DNA of 64,000 nucleotides from positions 80,600,001 through 80,664,000 of the forward strand of contig OX597825.1 in assembly GCA_951406725.2 (NCBI GenBank), read 5' to 3'. The translations under genes and the position numbers were made by a program. The stretch's first letter is position 1, and every line of letters begins with the position of its first letter. Under the pieces are notes generated by a model. That model did not search any database. It had not been told where the DNA came from and worked only from the letters and a program-made list of their open reading frames with translations. Origin of the DNA: Octopus vulgaris (lineage: Eukaryota). Shown piece by piece: positions 1 to 12,791 of the stretch.

Positions 1-468
1 AAGAGACAAGGTGTCAAAGCATGAAATAAAGATAGCAAAGAGGCTAAATAGATATTAAAAATACGCCCCCCCGCCCAACAAAAAGCAAAAGAAAAGTCGG
101 TTAGTGAAAAATATAAAAGAAACGGAGTAAATCTTAAAGAATAACACATTTGGAAGAAAATAGGATAGAGGAGGCCAAAAAATGTCTTGATAATTTGGTC
201 TTGAAAATACTTGAATAATAAACTATATTTTTGTGGTTAAATTAAGCAATATTTATAGTTTCTGAACTCTGTTCAAGACAAATTTCTACCAGGAAGAGTT
301 TCAGCCAATGAAATGTGTGCGGTAAGGCACCAGTTCTTGTTTTGTCAACCTTGAATTAACGAACGGCAAAAGCTGACGTCAGCTTAACGATGATGATGTT
401 AATGAATAGGGGAATATATTATCTGATTAAGGGTTTTATACAAGAATATACGATCAACACGGATTTAC

Positions 469-581
469 CGCAGTGTCCAGTCCTAGTGTGAATAACATGA
501 AAAAGAAAAGAATTGACCAAAGTTGAGGAATCGGAAGACGCGCCAAAGCTTCAGGATACACGACGAAGGCCAACTCGAAAC
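469..581 (-). CDS. SLC6 paralog A exon 10 (EL4-TM8: [38 protein letters not shown])
   Basis: AG acceptor, gtaaat donor, 113 bp, in frame. Confidence 0.92.
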
Positions 582-1630
582 CTACGAAAAGAAAAAAACA
601 AATTTTACCTTTTACTTGTTTCACTCAATAGACAGCGGCCATGCTGGGGCACGGCCTTGAAGGCATTTAGTCGCATGAATCGACCTCAGTACAGTTTTAA
701 AAAAAGTCTGATACTTATTCTATCGGTCTCTTGACGAGCCACTAGGTCACTGGGACGAAAACAAACCAACACCAATTATCAAGTGGTGTAGGGACACACA
801 TATACATCTCTATATCTATATATATAGACATCTCTATATAGATATCTATATATTGATATAGAGATGTGTATATAAATATAGATATCTATTTATGTTTATA
901 TATCTATATCTATATATTTTTTAACGATATTTTTTACGTTTTTTACGATTTTTTAACGTTATTATTACGCTCTAACTTCTACTTTGTAAATTATGATTAT
1001 TATATTTTATCATTTGTAAATTTTTTCTCTGTAGATTTCGTTATATATCTTTATATATTATTTTTGCATTTTGTCATTTATTCGTATTTGTTTACGTCCA
1101 CTTTTATCCATAGTTCTTATTCGAATATATATTTCTGTTTATAACTGTTTATTTTATCATCCCTATATTATATATTCTTTTCATTATTATATTATAATTT
1201 TCATCATTCCTACATATTATTGATTTATATCTATGTTTATAGGCATAAGTCACGTTTGAATTTAGTTTTGTAAATTTTAAATTTTTAATTAATTAAATTA
1301 TGGCTTGCACGGCAAGGTTCGGCGAATTTATTTTCACACCCGCATATTTGTTTGTTAGTTACATTCGTAACTGATAAAATATTAAATTATAGGAATAGTT
1401 ATAGAATTATAAAAAATGTTATGAAGAGTCCTGATGATTGGGGTTGCAGTTAAGACATGTTTCTGGAAAAGACTGAGAGTCTCGGGAACGTTAAACGCAC
1501 CTCATGAAACAAGTGTAGAAGAGAAAGTTGGAACTGAAAGAGTAAGTATTATAATAAAATTCTATGATATGGTGTGATATATATTAGGATTTTATGAATT
1601 GCATGGAGACTTCTATCTCTAAATGACATA

Positions 1631-1725
<95 letters not shown>

Positions 1726-1836
1726 ATGTATAACTTTTATGTTCTATAATAATTTCCAATAAATGCTTATTAGCAGATCTGTTGAACAGATCTCTCAACT
1801 GGCATTATGTGTGTACATACACACGTACACCTATAA

Positions 1837-1869
<33 letters not shown>

Positions 1870-3640
1870 CAGTGAGACAGACAGACAAATATTAGTAGAA
1901 CGTAATAGGTGTGGTGAGGTTACCTCCTTTGGCTAAATTGTCGATTTCCACATTGGATTCTGTCGATAAACCCCCTAAAACACTGAAGATGACAAAACCT
2001 GCGATGATGCTGGTCACCAGATCCATCACACTGATGATGAGAGAGTCTCTGAAACAGACAGAAGAGGAAATTAATAAGAAGAAGATTAACGAGGAAATTT
2101 GTGGCGTTCAATGGATTTCTGAACGATATTGACGCTGTGAAAGAAGTGACGTCACCCAATTATTGAAACTAGCCGCACGGTTTCGATACCCTACTCAGCT
2201 CGTCAGGAAATAATGATTATTTCTACCCAATAACAGTAAGCAATATGTTTAGAGTAGTGAGTACTAGTCAATCTCATTGCCAACTCCGGAGAGATGTTAG
2301 TATTTGCGTTGGATTTGAACTCAGTACAAAAGGAGTTGCAATGACTGAATACCAAATATCAATCAGTTCCTTGTAGCCACAACAGAAGTTGCTGGAAAAC
2401 AGATGGGGTTGCTTGAATAAGGGAACACTAAAAAAACAAAAAAAAAAAAGATTGAGAGCAGTTTACTGGCAGCACAAGACCAATCTTTGGCCACGAACTG
2501 GAGGGTTAAACTTAGGAATGAACAAGTGTCTTCGCTGTGCCGCATCTGTAATAGAGTGGATGAAGCCATTGCCAATATCACGAACGAATGCCCTAGACTT
2601 GGCGACGCGATAAGGTAGCGAAAGTTCTACATTGGAAACTGCGAAAAGTGGGGGGCTAGAAAGAGGCAAGACGTAGTATGAGCACAGACCACAGAGAGTG
2701 GCGGAGTTGGAGACTAGCAAAATCCTCTGGAATTTCCCAATCCAAACAGATCAGGTACTAGAGCATAACAGGCGGGACCTAGTGGTGGTAGACAAGGTGC
2801 ACCACTTATTCTATAGAGTTGAAATTGCATGTCCATTTGATCCACGAACAGTCAAGGGGGAAGGACAAAAAGATAAATACAAACCCCTTAAGTATGAAAT
2901 AGCTCGACTATGGAAAATGAAGAAGGTGAAGATAGTGCCAACTATTGTTGGGTTCTTGGGAACAGTTTCAGAAGGCTTCAAGGGGAATATAAAGGAAGCT
3001 GGAATAGAGTGCCCAGTAGAACTTTAACAAGAGGTTTGTCTCCTTGGCATGGCCAGAATACTCAGGAAAGTATTAGATCACTGAAAAGAATGGATAGCAT
3101 GGTACCGTAGGCTGCAGGCAGTAGACTCAGTACACATGCAAGACTCCAAGAACTAAAAAAAAAAACCTGTGATAAAGAGATAATAATAATAATGATATTA
3201 ATTAGGTGTCAGAGAATGAAAGGAAACATTCTAAGTGCTACTTACATATAAATATTATTTTTAAACTTGTTGAAACTCCCAAACATGATAATCCCTCCAA
3301 AACACACGCCGAGCGAGTAGAACATTTGACCTGCAGCATCCACCCACATCTGCAGCAAAACAAAGATTATTAATTAACGACAACACATATAGGTAAGACG
3401 ATTTGAAAATTAAGATCAAAATTTCATTATTTCCAAAAATCAGTGTGAGATTAAGGGATGTGGATTTAGGCACACAGCCATGCCTGTCGTCATAAAAAAA
3501 ACAGTAAAAATATAAGTATCGTATTTATATGTAGCCAGCTCTCATTGCCCTAACATGTGAGATTGAGGGATGTGGATTTATGCTGCATCTGCTTCATCTC
3601 TGTGTGTGAGAGAAATAAATAAATAAATAAAGAGAGTGAG

Positions 3641-3693
<53 letters not shown>

Positions 3694-4091
3694 AAAAGAG
3701 AGTGAGATATGTGCGCGTATGTTCCAAATGTCTTGCAAAAGCCAGTTAAGAACAAAAAACATTCTTGAAAATCCCAAACTACTTCAGTAGTAACTCAAGG
3801 AGATATATTTCGAAGCTGTTTTATTGTAGTTGCAGCAGTTTCCAAACAAACATTACCGTCAACGTCTATCGTTGCATAAACCAGGACAGAAGTCTTTGCT
3901 GAATGCCTTTCCTGTCGCCAACTCTTTTCCAATCAAGGTAATATTTTCCCTTGTCCTTGGAACACAAACAACAGGACTGGTCAGTAATTTTTGCGCAGAA
4001 AATAAGAAACGAATGACACCGCTGGTTCGATGTTGATTCAAATTTACAACAATCAAACGTTGTTTGGACAAGGAGATTTACAAATATTCCC

Positions 4092-4153
<62 letters not shown>

Positions 4154-7100
4154 ACACATACACACACATGACAGGATTATTTCAGTTTCTCTCTCTCTCT
4201 ATCCGCTCAGTCAAAGTCGACTCTCGGTCACTCGTTGGATCAGTGTCCTCCAGTCAGTTCTATCCTGGGCCGCTTCTTTCAGATTGGCTATGTCCATCCC
4301 GGTATCACTCAAATTCACTCATAAGGGTTTGACCTTCCTGGGGTTGTATTCGGAGACACCATTCCAAGAGTGCCAAGCTGTGGGACTGAACTGAAAACCA
4401 TTTGGTTGAGAAAGAAACCGCTTAACCACACAGGCATGCCTGTCGTTATATAAAAAAAAGCAAAAATATAAGTATCATTGCCCTAGCATAAACACCTCCC
4501 TCCCTCGGGAGGGAGGTGTGTATGCTTGGAGACCTCAATATGCTAGGAGACCTCAATAGTGCTGCTGGAACGAAAAGGCACCCAGTACACTGTGTAAAGT
4601 GGTTGATGTTAGGAAGGGCATTCAACCGTACGAACCGTACGAAAGTGTTGGCGCATGCTGCAGTCCTTGAAACCACTGGAATCTATTAAATTTTCCAACC
4701 CATATAAGCAAGGAAAATGGACGTTAAATGATGATGAAATCATAATCAGGTAAATAGCAAATTCTTTGAAAACTTACCGATATATCAGTAAATTTCTCCC
4801 AGTCTGGAATAATAAACTTTTTTATGCCTTTAATGGCTCCAGGCATCGTACATCCACGGATTAAGAGAATCAGAAGAATGATATAAGGAAATGTTGCTGT
4901 GAAATACACCACCTGAAAAAGAGATTTTAAAGAAAAAATTACTAATGGATCGAATGTGTTACGAACAGGTATTCGTCGTCTCCGGGGTTCGAATCTGACA
5001 AAATGTATTCGGAACTAATATGCAAGTCTTTGAAAATTAATATTTTTATAACTGAATCAGACAGTTGTGTAATGATCTGCTTTATTAGCGACAGAATTAG
5101 TATTAGTCCGGTATAGTATTTTGTATATCTAAGGATATATCATGGAGTCCTCACCAGTTGAGGACTCCCTGGCAAGATAATATCACAGGTAAGCCTTTAT
5201 GTTAGGGGTTACTATATTTAATGTGACCACCGTTTCCTCAAGTTTTGACTACGTCATTATTCTTTAACTGCTATTCACAGATGACAATCCCTAATTAAAA
5301 TCAAAATTTCAGTTGTCTACATATATGATTGCATATTCGATGATGTTCAACCTGTTCTGATTGAGCATATCTCTCAACAGCATTCCAGCCATGACATCAC
5401 AATTTTTGTATATCACTGTCTAATTCCTCGCTCTTTAGGAGAGAAGAGTGTGATTTGAGGGAGATATTGCTTCTATTTCTAGCAGGTCAAAAGACTGCGT
5501 AGAATATCTTCTGGCCGATGGAACAAGATGTACAGAATATATGTGATGATTATTTTTTGTTTTTGGTTAATCGTTACAAAGTTCTTAAACATTTCTAATC
5601 ACAGGTAATCATTTGTCTTACCTTTCCTGACGATTTTACACCTTTATATAAACAAGCCACAACAATTATCCACGATAACAGTAAACACAGTGACAAACGC
5701 CAAAGTGGGATGCCAATATTTTCTGGTTCCAGGCCGATAGATTTCTCGGTGACCTCTAAACTGAAGATAAAAATGAAAGACTAGGTTACTTGTATACATA
5801 TGTTAAATATGCATTGCATAATTTGGAAATGGCCAGTTTAAATAAACCTCCATCGATAAAACTTCGAAATTACTCTCAGCAATTTACAATATATACATAT
5901 ATAGCAATGACTAGCGAAAATGCATATGTAAGAAGAGAAACAAACAAATCTTACAACAGACATTAATTAAAAGCAAAGTAAAGGAAGGAAAAAAACAAAA
6001 ACGAACTCGAAATAAAGAGCTGGGGCTGTTACGAAGTTTGTGCTGTTAACACAAGAGACATTGTAACCAGGTTCATTTAGGGCTTCGTTGCATATACAAC
6101 CGGCTTTGTCAAGGGTTACATTTCCTGTACACATTAGTCTCTCTGAGACACAACTCTTTGTTGTTCTGTTGATAAACTGAAATGCATAAAATCAGAAGGA
6201 ATCAATGAAAATCAGAGTAAAGGTTACACGCAAATGCACATATATGTTTACATACACACATACTTTCATACGATATCCTACGTTATGTGAATATAATTAC
6301 ACACGGAAAAAGCTCCGCTGAAAGAGATATGATACTTTCTATGGGGTTGGTAAATATGTTTCAAAGAACGAACGGGAAAGATTGTGGAAACAGTGAGGCT
6401 ATCTGATGAAGAAAAAGAATGCGGGGTGGGGGAGTGGAGTGAAAGCCCCCTGCCACATACACACACACATTTACATACACGACTTGCTGCTTTCAGTTTC
6501 CTTCTACCAAATCCAAAGAAGGAATGATACTTACACTATCACAGCTAGACCATGGCAATTTTGATTGCATCGAGGCGAAACAATAAAATAATGCATATGC
6601 CATGATGACATTATAATAAATGGTAACAAAGAGGGAGATCATAGCCATGGCAATTCCAATTCCTGAAACAGAAGATAAATGAGGCCCCTTTGTTTTATTT
6701 TTAATATTGATTTTTATTCAGGGTAAGCAAAAAAAAAATAATCTTTATTTTTTGGGAGACGGCTAACATCGATGAAATCGATTACAGTCTATTATTAGTA
6801 CTAATATTTTGTATTTAATTTCTGCAGTTATGAATGGTGAAAGAAACATCAATGAGCAAAAATGTAGGAATAATTTCCCCTTAAATTTGGATTTTTACAC
6901 CGTGTAATTCTGTGGAAAGAAGAAATAAAGCGCATACGAAAAATGGCGACTGTAGATTTTGGTAGGAATCGTTAACGAAGAGACGAGGTTGAAAGACTTT
7001 TTGGACAGTGATCGTCTGCAACCTTTATAACCCGCACTAATTTACTCAAATATACAAGTATTTCATTTAATTATTTAATTTAATATTTGTTGAATTTAGA

Positions 7101-8043
7101 GAAGCTATTTGATGCAAAGATCCAGAAAATTCGATGTTGTACTTTTATCAAATTGTATTAGACAAACTGAACCCCAAATTTATAGAAATTAGTTGATAAT
7201 CTTTACCTTTTCCACTTGGATTTATTCCCCATACACCTGTTGGACCCTTTGCTGAGTATTGTCCCAGTACTAAATCCATGAAATACATTGGTTTACCAAT
7301 CAAAAGCTGAATCACCAAATAAGCAATAAGAAAGGCCGCTGGAAAGAAAAGACAAAACTGTTTAAAGTACTTTTGTTTATATATATATATCGCCATGATA
7401 GATCGTTAACCACTGCAAACACGTTTTTCTCTCCGTGTCTTTTCTGTGTCTCTTTCTGTAGAAGAGCGTAGGCTCGAAATGTAAAAGACTTTTTCTATTC
7501 GTGAGCGTTATACTAATACATCTGTTTGTTTTGTACACCATCTGTCTTCGTCTTTTGTTTTTTTCGTAAACTCTCCCTATATATATATATATATATCGTC
7601 GCTACGATGTTAAACTGTCATATGTTCAAATTTGACCAAATGCGTTTTCTTTTCAATATTAATTTTTGCTTGCAATAGCCGGTTCTTTTGGTCAAACTAT
7701 CGAATCTTCTTCTAAGATATCAAAAATTGTCAAAGTGTAGTAGAAAGGTTTTGCTATGGAATGGTGAAACTATTTTTCGTTTTCTGAAAAAGCAACGTTT
7801 TGGACTGAAGACACTTTTTGCATAATAGTAAAGATAATACATACATCATAAATCGCTCCAATACACCACGCCGTTTGAATCTCTTAAACTTTTCTAAACT
7901 TTTTCGTATTTCTGTGTTCCTTTCTGTTTGAGAGCGTAGGCTCGAAACGTAAAATACTTTATCATTTCCCGAGCGTTAAACTAATACATCGGTTTGTTGT
8001 TTACACACTCGTCCTTGTCTTTTGTTTTTTTTTTTATAAATTC

Positions 8044-8121
<78 letters not shown>

Positions 8122-9589
8122 TTGGTGAATTGAAGAAATGGAGCTGAACGAAGATTGAACAGAAATCGTTTTGAACAGAAATAAAACGTTTTCTGTTCAA
8201 TCTTCGTTCAGCTCCATTTCTTCAATTCACCAATAATATTTTAATTTCAATTATCCGCACCAACGCACGGTTGCAACACCATATGGTTGTACCTCCAACC
8301 GTGCTGTTTTCTGCCGTGATTTTTGCTACCAAGGTATCGGTTAAACTTTTGATTAATCTGCTACAAGATTATTCATCTTTCTATTTCACATAATATATAT
8401 ATATATATACATACATACATACATACATACATACATACATACATACATACATACATGCATACATACATTACTCTCCCATATATATTCCAAACTTACATGG
8501 TAAAATTCAATTTAGAAATACTAAACCAAATTTCACAAAATATTATATATATATATATATAAATTAGAAAAAACCCTACCTTTTACCAATTCAACAATGA
8601 AAAAATTAATTTATACAATATAGAAAAAAATTACATCCTATAGAAAAAAATTAAATGTAGGATAAAAACATATACCAATGATTAAGTAATGTATAAAATA
8701 ATAAATAAAATGTATAAATTTAGTAAAATGACTACACGTGTTTTGTGGCTATATTTAAGAAATGATAACAGTAAAATCAATTCAATTTAAATATAGCCAT
8801 TCTTCATGTAAAATATAAAAATAAAATAAATAAATAAATATACGCATATAATCTTGTAAAATACGAAATATCTTAACAAATATATTCTGGTGTAAATAAA
8901 AATAGAATAAATAGGTATAAATATTTATTATATCTATAAAAATAAAATTTTAACTTATTTAAGAAAAGAATAACAAACTATAATATATCATTAGTAGAAA
9001 ATAAAATACAATTAATTAAATTATTTAAAACAAATAAATATATGTATATATATAAAATACAAAATATAAGTTGTGAAAACTAAAATATTATAATTTAATC
9101 TATATACATTGAATTAAATTATTAATTGATTAATTAATTTATTTATTTAATAAACATCTAAGTTAAATCTTATTCTAATTAAGTAATATGTGCTAAAAAA
9201 ACTTCATGTTAAGTTATATACATAATGCTAGTACAAACTATGAATATTAGAATTAAAAATAGAAAATGGTTCAAATATATACACACCTATTATATAAACT
9301 TACTATATTATTAATTTTTATATAGTATATATATATTTAATATTTCACTCGCTTATAGAGTTGACCAAAATATCAATTAATATCAAACTTATTTACTTAA
9401 ATGTAATACTATGTAATAAATAGACCACCTAACTATCAAATAATATATTGTCTTACAAAACTATTTCTCAAAGTAAATTATATGTAATACGTTAAATCAC
9501 ATTATAAAAATAAATTAAATAGATATACGTATCGTAACTAATAATTATCAAGAAATTATGAATAAATTAATACTTTAACAGTAATAATG

Positions 9590-9648
<59 letters not shown>

Positions 9649-11700
9649 CATACATAATACAATTAAAAAATTAAATAATATTGTTAAATAAAAAACATTA
9701 CTTATCTTATCGATGTTGCGTATTGGGGTCTCGAGCTGATCGACTGGCTCACCCTAAAAACATTTTGGACCTTGTGCCTAGAGCAGAAAAGTATATATAT
9801 CTTCATTTATATTTTCACATATTCACTCAGCAGAAGATGAGGACCGAAGGCAGGTGTGGTGTCAACCGTCGCCACAGACTCGTGCCCTGCACGGGAAGGG
9901 AAATTTTGCAATCTCACTCGCTTCAACACAACTAAAATTGCGGCGAAACAAGTTTGTAAGCTCAAGACAGACTACAACCCCATGCATTAAACTATTCAAG
10001 AAAGAAAAGAATTTATGAATATATTTACCTCCTCCATGTTTGAACGCCAAATAGGGGAATCTCCAAACGTTACCAAGTCCCACAGATAATCCTATGCAGG
10101 ACAGCATAAACTCTGCCTTATGGCCCCACTGTCCCCGGTCATCTGATACATTTTGACCATCTCCTGTGTCATGTTTAGGTGGTGGTACCGCTGAGTTTTG
10201 AGTCTGAAAAAGAAAAAAAGAAATTCAGAAATGAGGCACAAATGTTGTATGAAGAATTTTAACTTTGCTTTTTGCGTTGACTCTTATTGTTCTATATGCG
10301 GTCGAGCCGGCCCTTTGGCGTTGTTGCCGGTCGATTTGTATTTCAATTATTGTTGTGGTTGCCTGAAAAATTCTGCTGAATTGGCAGAATGGCTTTAACG
10401 CAAATTGATATCAAATTTCAAATTTTGGGGAAGACCTTGGCAACTATGACGGTGCCATGAGTTTGGTTATAACAGTTTACTGTGAAATAGGAATAGTGTT
10501 TCATGTTGAAAATATTATCTTGGAGCGTGTTCTATCGATGAATCAAGTTATGGTTTTCAGGGATGCGAAAAGAAAAGTTACTATTGGCATGATTTGAACT
10601 CAGAATTTTAAGAGGTGAAACAAATACGACAATTTTCTTTTTTCCCAACGCCCTAATTGTTCAGTCAATTCACAATAACATCCAATCACAGATCATTTCA
10701 GGAGAACAGCAACATTTAATAAAAATTATAATGAAAGCTCTGGGGTTTGATATACATGAATAGAGCAACACTTGGGTTTTGTCTGTTGATAAAAATACAC
10801 CATCACCACCACCACCGCCACCACCGCCACCACCGCCGCCGCTGCCGCAACTTTGGCTGATGAGATCGATGGATCCTTATTCATGGGTAAAACATTTCAG
10901 AAATAAAATCTGTAGTATAAACTGGTAGAGTAGCCTTCAAAGCTTTGGAAGAAATGTCCAACGCCATTTAGTTCTGAGTTCAAAACAGAGCAAAGTCGAT
11001 TTTGACTTTCTTACTTCGAGGTCAACAGAATAAAAAAAAATACCAGTCACTTATTAGGGTCCAACTAATCGATTATTCACCTCATAGTCTCAAAGGGAGC
11101 TTCTTATCCTCGCAAACAATTACATATATTTTCCTATCGATTAGCTTCACAGAAGTGGAAATCAGTAGAACCAATAAAGTCGAGTAGATATAACCAAATA
11201 TTCGATTGCCTGGATTTTTTTTTTTTGGTTGCCTAAAGTTAGAAATATTCATTGGGTACTCAACCCTCTCGAAAGAGCTGTTCTTCACTCCTGCTCCAGA
11301 GCGTCGGCTGCGGGGTCACTCCGAAAAGCTCTATCTGCGACGATTTCATCTCAATCGAAGGAGAGGGGCTTTCTCTGTCCGGGTTGCGGATCCGTGGAAT
11401 AAGCTGCCGGACGAGATAGTGAAGATGCGGACGACCGCTCGGTTCAAAGTCTCCCTTGACCACAAGTGGCCTGAACTCTTTACATGAACACCACCCTGTA
11501 CATAACTCCATGTCCCTCTACATGGCCTTGCTTTTTGCTGTTTGAGTCCAAAATTAACTAACTAACTAACTAACTAACCCTGGAGTATGTCTAATTTATG
11601 GTGTGTGTGTGTGTGTGTGTGTCTGTGCGTGTGTGTGCGTGCGTGCGGAATAGATAATGAAACGAACCTTTCGTATATGTTCTAAATCGTATTTCCTCAT
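469..11700 (-). CDS. SLC6/NSS Na+/Cl- -dependent amino-acid transporter, NAT-like, paralog A (10 coding exons in window; 3' part lies left of the window)
   Basis: Exons 11668-11700, 10029-10203, 7207-7338, 6535-6662, 6007-6176, 5622-5760, 4778-4912, 3246-3349, 1924-2048, 469-581 all have GT-AG ends and splice in frame. Motifs: [56 protein letters not shown]. Window position 1 matches the B intron 15 bp from B exon 11. Confidence 0.93.
1924..2048 (-). CDS. SLC6 paralog A exon 9 (TM7: [25 protein letters not shown])
   Basis: tttcag acceptor, gtaacc donor, 125 bp. Confidence 0.92.
2363..3200 (+). mobile_element. R4/Dong-like non-LTR retrotransposon 3' fragment (restriction-like endonuclease), degenerate
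   Basis: [26 protein letters not shown]...EIACPFD...KYKPL...RLWK...[10 protein letters not shown]; (taa)n tail; the 3' ~220 bp is also retained in B at about 33780-34000. Confidence 0.8.
3246..3349 (-). CDS. SLC6 paralog A exon 8 (TM6: [29 protein letters not shown])
   Basis: ctgcag acceptor, gtaagt donor, 104 bp. Confidence 0.93.
4778..4912 (-). CDS. SLC6 paralog A exon 7 (TM5: [20 protein letters not shown])
   Basis: tttcag / gtaagt, 135 bp. Confidence 0.93.
5622..5760 (-). CDS. SLC6 paralog A exon 6 (TM4: ...[27 protein letters not shown])
   Basis: cttcag / gtaaga, 139 bp. Confidence 0.93.
6007..6176 (-). CDS. SLC6 paralog A exon 5 (Cys-rich extracellular loop 2)
   Basis: tttcag / gttcgt, 170 bp; phases fit exons 4 and 6; ends in PALYF. 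Confidence 0.88.
6535..6662 (-). CDS. SLC6 paralog A exon 4 (TM3: [41 protein letters not shown])
   Basis: tttcag / gtaagt, 128 bp. Confidence 0.93.
7207..7338 (-). CDS. SLC6 paralog A exon 3 (TM2: [27 protein letters not shown])
   Basis: ttccag / gtaaag, 132 bp. Confidence 0.93.
10029..10203 (-). CDS. SLC6 paralog A exon 2 (N-terminus and TM1: [36 protein letters not shown])
   Basis: tttcag / gtaaat, 175 bp; SLC6 signature. Confidence 0.94.
11268..11575 (+). mobile_element. CR1-type LINE 3' fragment, A-specific
   Basis: RGHSEKL...[17 protein letters not shown]; (ctaa)n tail; flanking aaccct repeats (11262-11267, 11576-11581); absent at the B site near 51028. Confidence 0.8.
11668..11700 (-). 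CDS. SLC6 paralog A probable first coding exon ([11 protein letters not shown])
   Basis: accATG context; phase-0 gttcgt donor fits exon 2; acceptor at 11753; conserved in paralog B. Confidence 0.65.
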
Positions 11701-11930
11701 GGTACTCTCTTTGCAAGGTCGATCGATTGGAATATTGATTAGTAACCTTTAAACTGTGGAAAAGGATTGAATGAAAGCGCGTGCTAAACGGGCAAAAAAG
11801 ATAAAAATCTTTCTTTTTCTTAAGGGTATTTTATATATTGATTTTCTCTTTAAATAAGTCCTAAAAATATAATTGTTTGTCTTTCGCACCTTAAAATCTC
11901 ATTATGGAAAAATGCTGTAAAAATATTTAC

Positions 11931-12260
11931 TTCCCTTTCTTGGTGGTTGTATCCATGTGAAAGGTTTGAAGCATCGAATGTTAGGTTCTCAGTTTAAAGG
12001 TTAAGTGTTCTTACAGTCGTCAATAATATTGAAGAAATCACAAACATTTTAATCTCCTCGGTGAATCAGTTTTGTGTCGAACAAGAAGCCGGGTAGAAGA
12101 GTACATATTATAGCGATATTGGTCTGCTTATTTCTCCGTAAGGAACGAGACTCGTGTCAGCAAGTCGAAAACTTTCAGTCGTTTTGCGTGAGAAAACATC
12201 AAATAACAAGCTGGAACATCAAGTAACACAAAGCACCAGACACCTCAGGGTGGGCTTTGA
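11931..12260 (-). promoter_or_regulatory. Putative 5'UTR exon / proximal promoter of paralog A
   Basis: Non-repetitive block nearly identical to B 51369-51700; ends in a gtaaat donor; TSS not determinable. Confidence 0.45.
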
Positions 12261-12663
12261 TGTTCATGGACATTAATATTCATGTAAATATGCAGTAATT
12301 AAAATTTCATTTCATGCAGAACACGTTTCAACAAAAGCGACCAGATAAAAGCTTAGGTTTTTTATTACGAGGTTAGAATCAGTTTAAATACACACACAGA
12401 AGGGTGCGTATATGCATCCCTTTGTATATCTCACACTCATCTCCCGCTATCTCTCTCATATATATGCACACACACACAACACACTGAATTGTTCGTATTT
12501 TGTGTAAGCCGATATTTGACGTGAGTTGGGAGGTGTAGAGTCGATTGCATAAATTATGAAATTAGTTTTCATCAAGCATAGGTAAATAACTGGTGAATCC
12601 GACCCCACGGTGGGATTTGAAATCAAAACCATGACCCTGTCATCAACTCAAACGTTCATGTGT

Positions 12664-12709
<46 letters not shown>

Positions 12710-12738
12710 CATATATATACCCACACACATATATATAT

Positions 12739-12791
<53 letters not shown>

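Noticed and set aside
513-2132. Plus-strand ORFs duplicated at 31319 and 32411
   Set aside because: Antisense shadows of SLC6 exons 10 and 9.
11931-11974. MLQTFHMDTTTKKG as the true N-terminus
   Set aside because: Splice phases put it out of frame with exon 2 unless an unseen exon exists; treated as a possible uORF.
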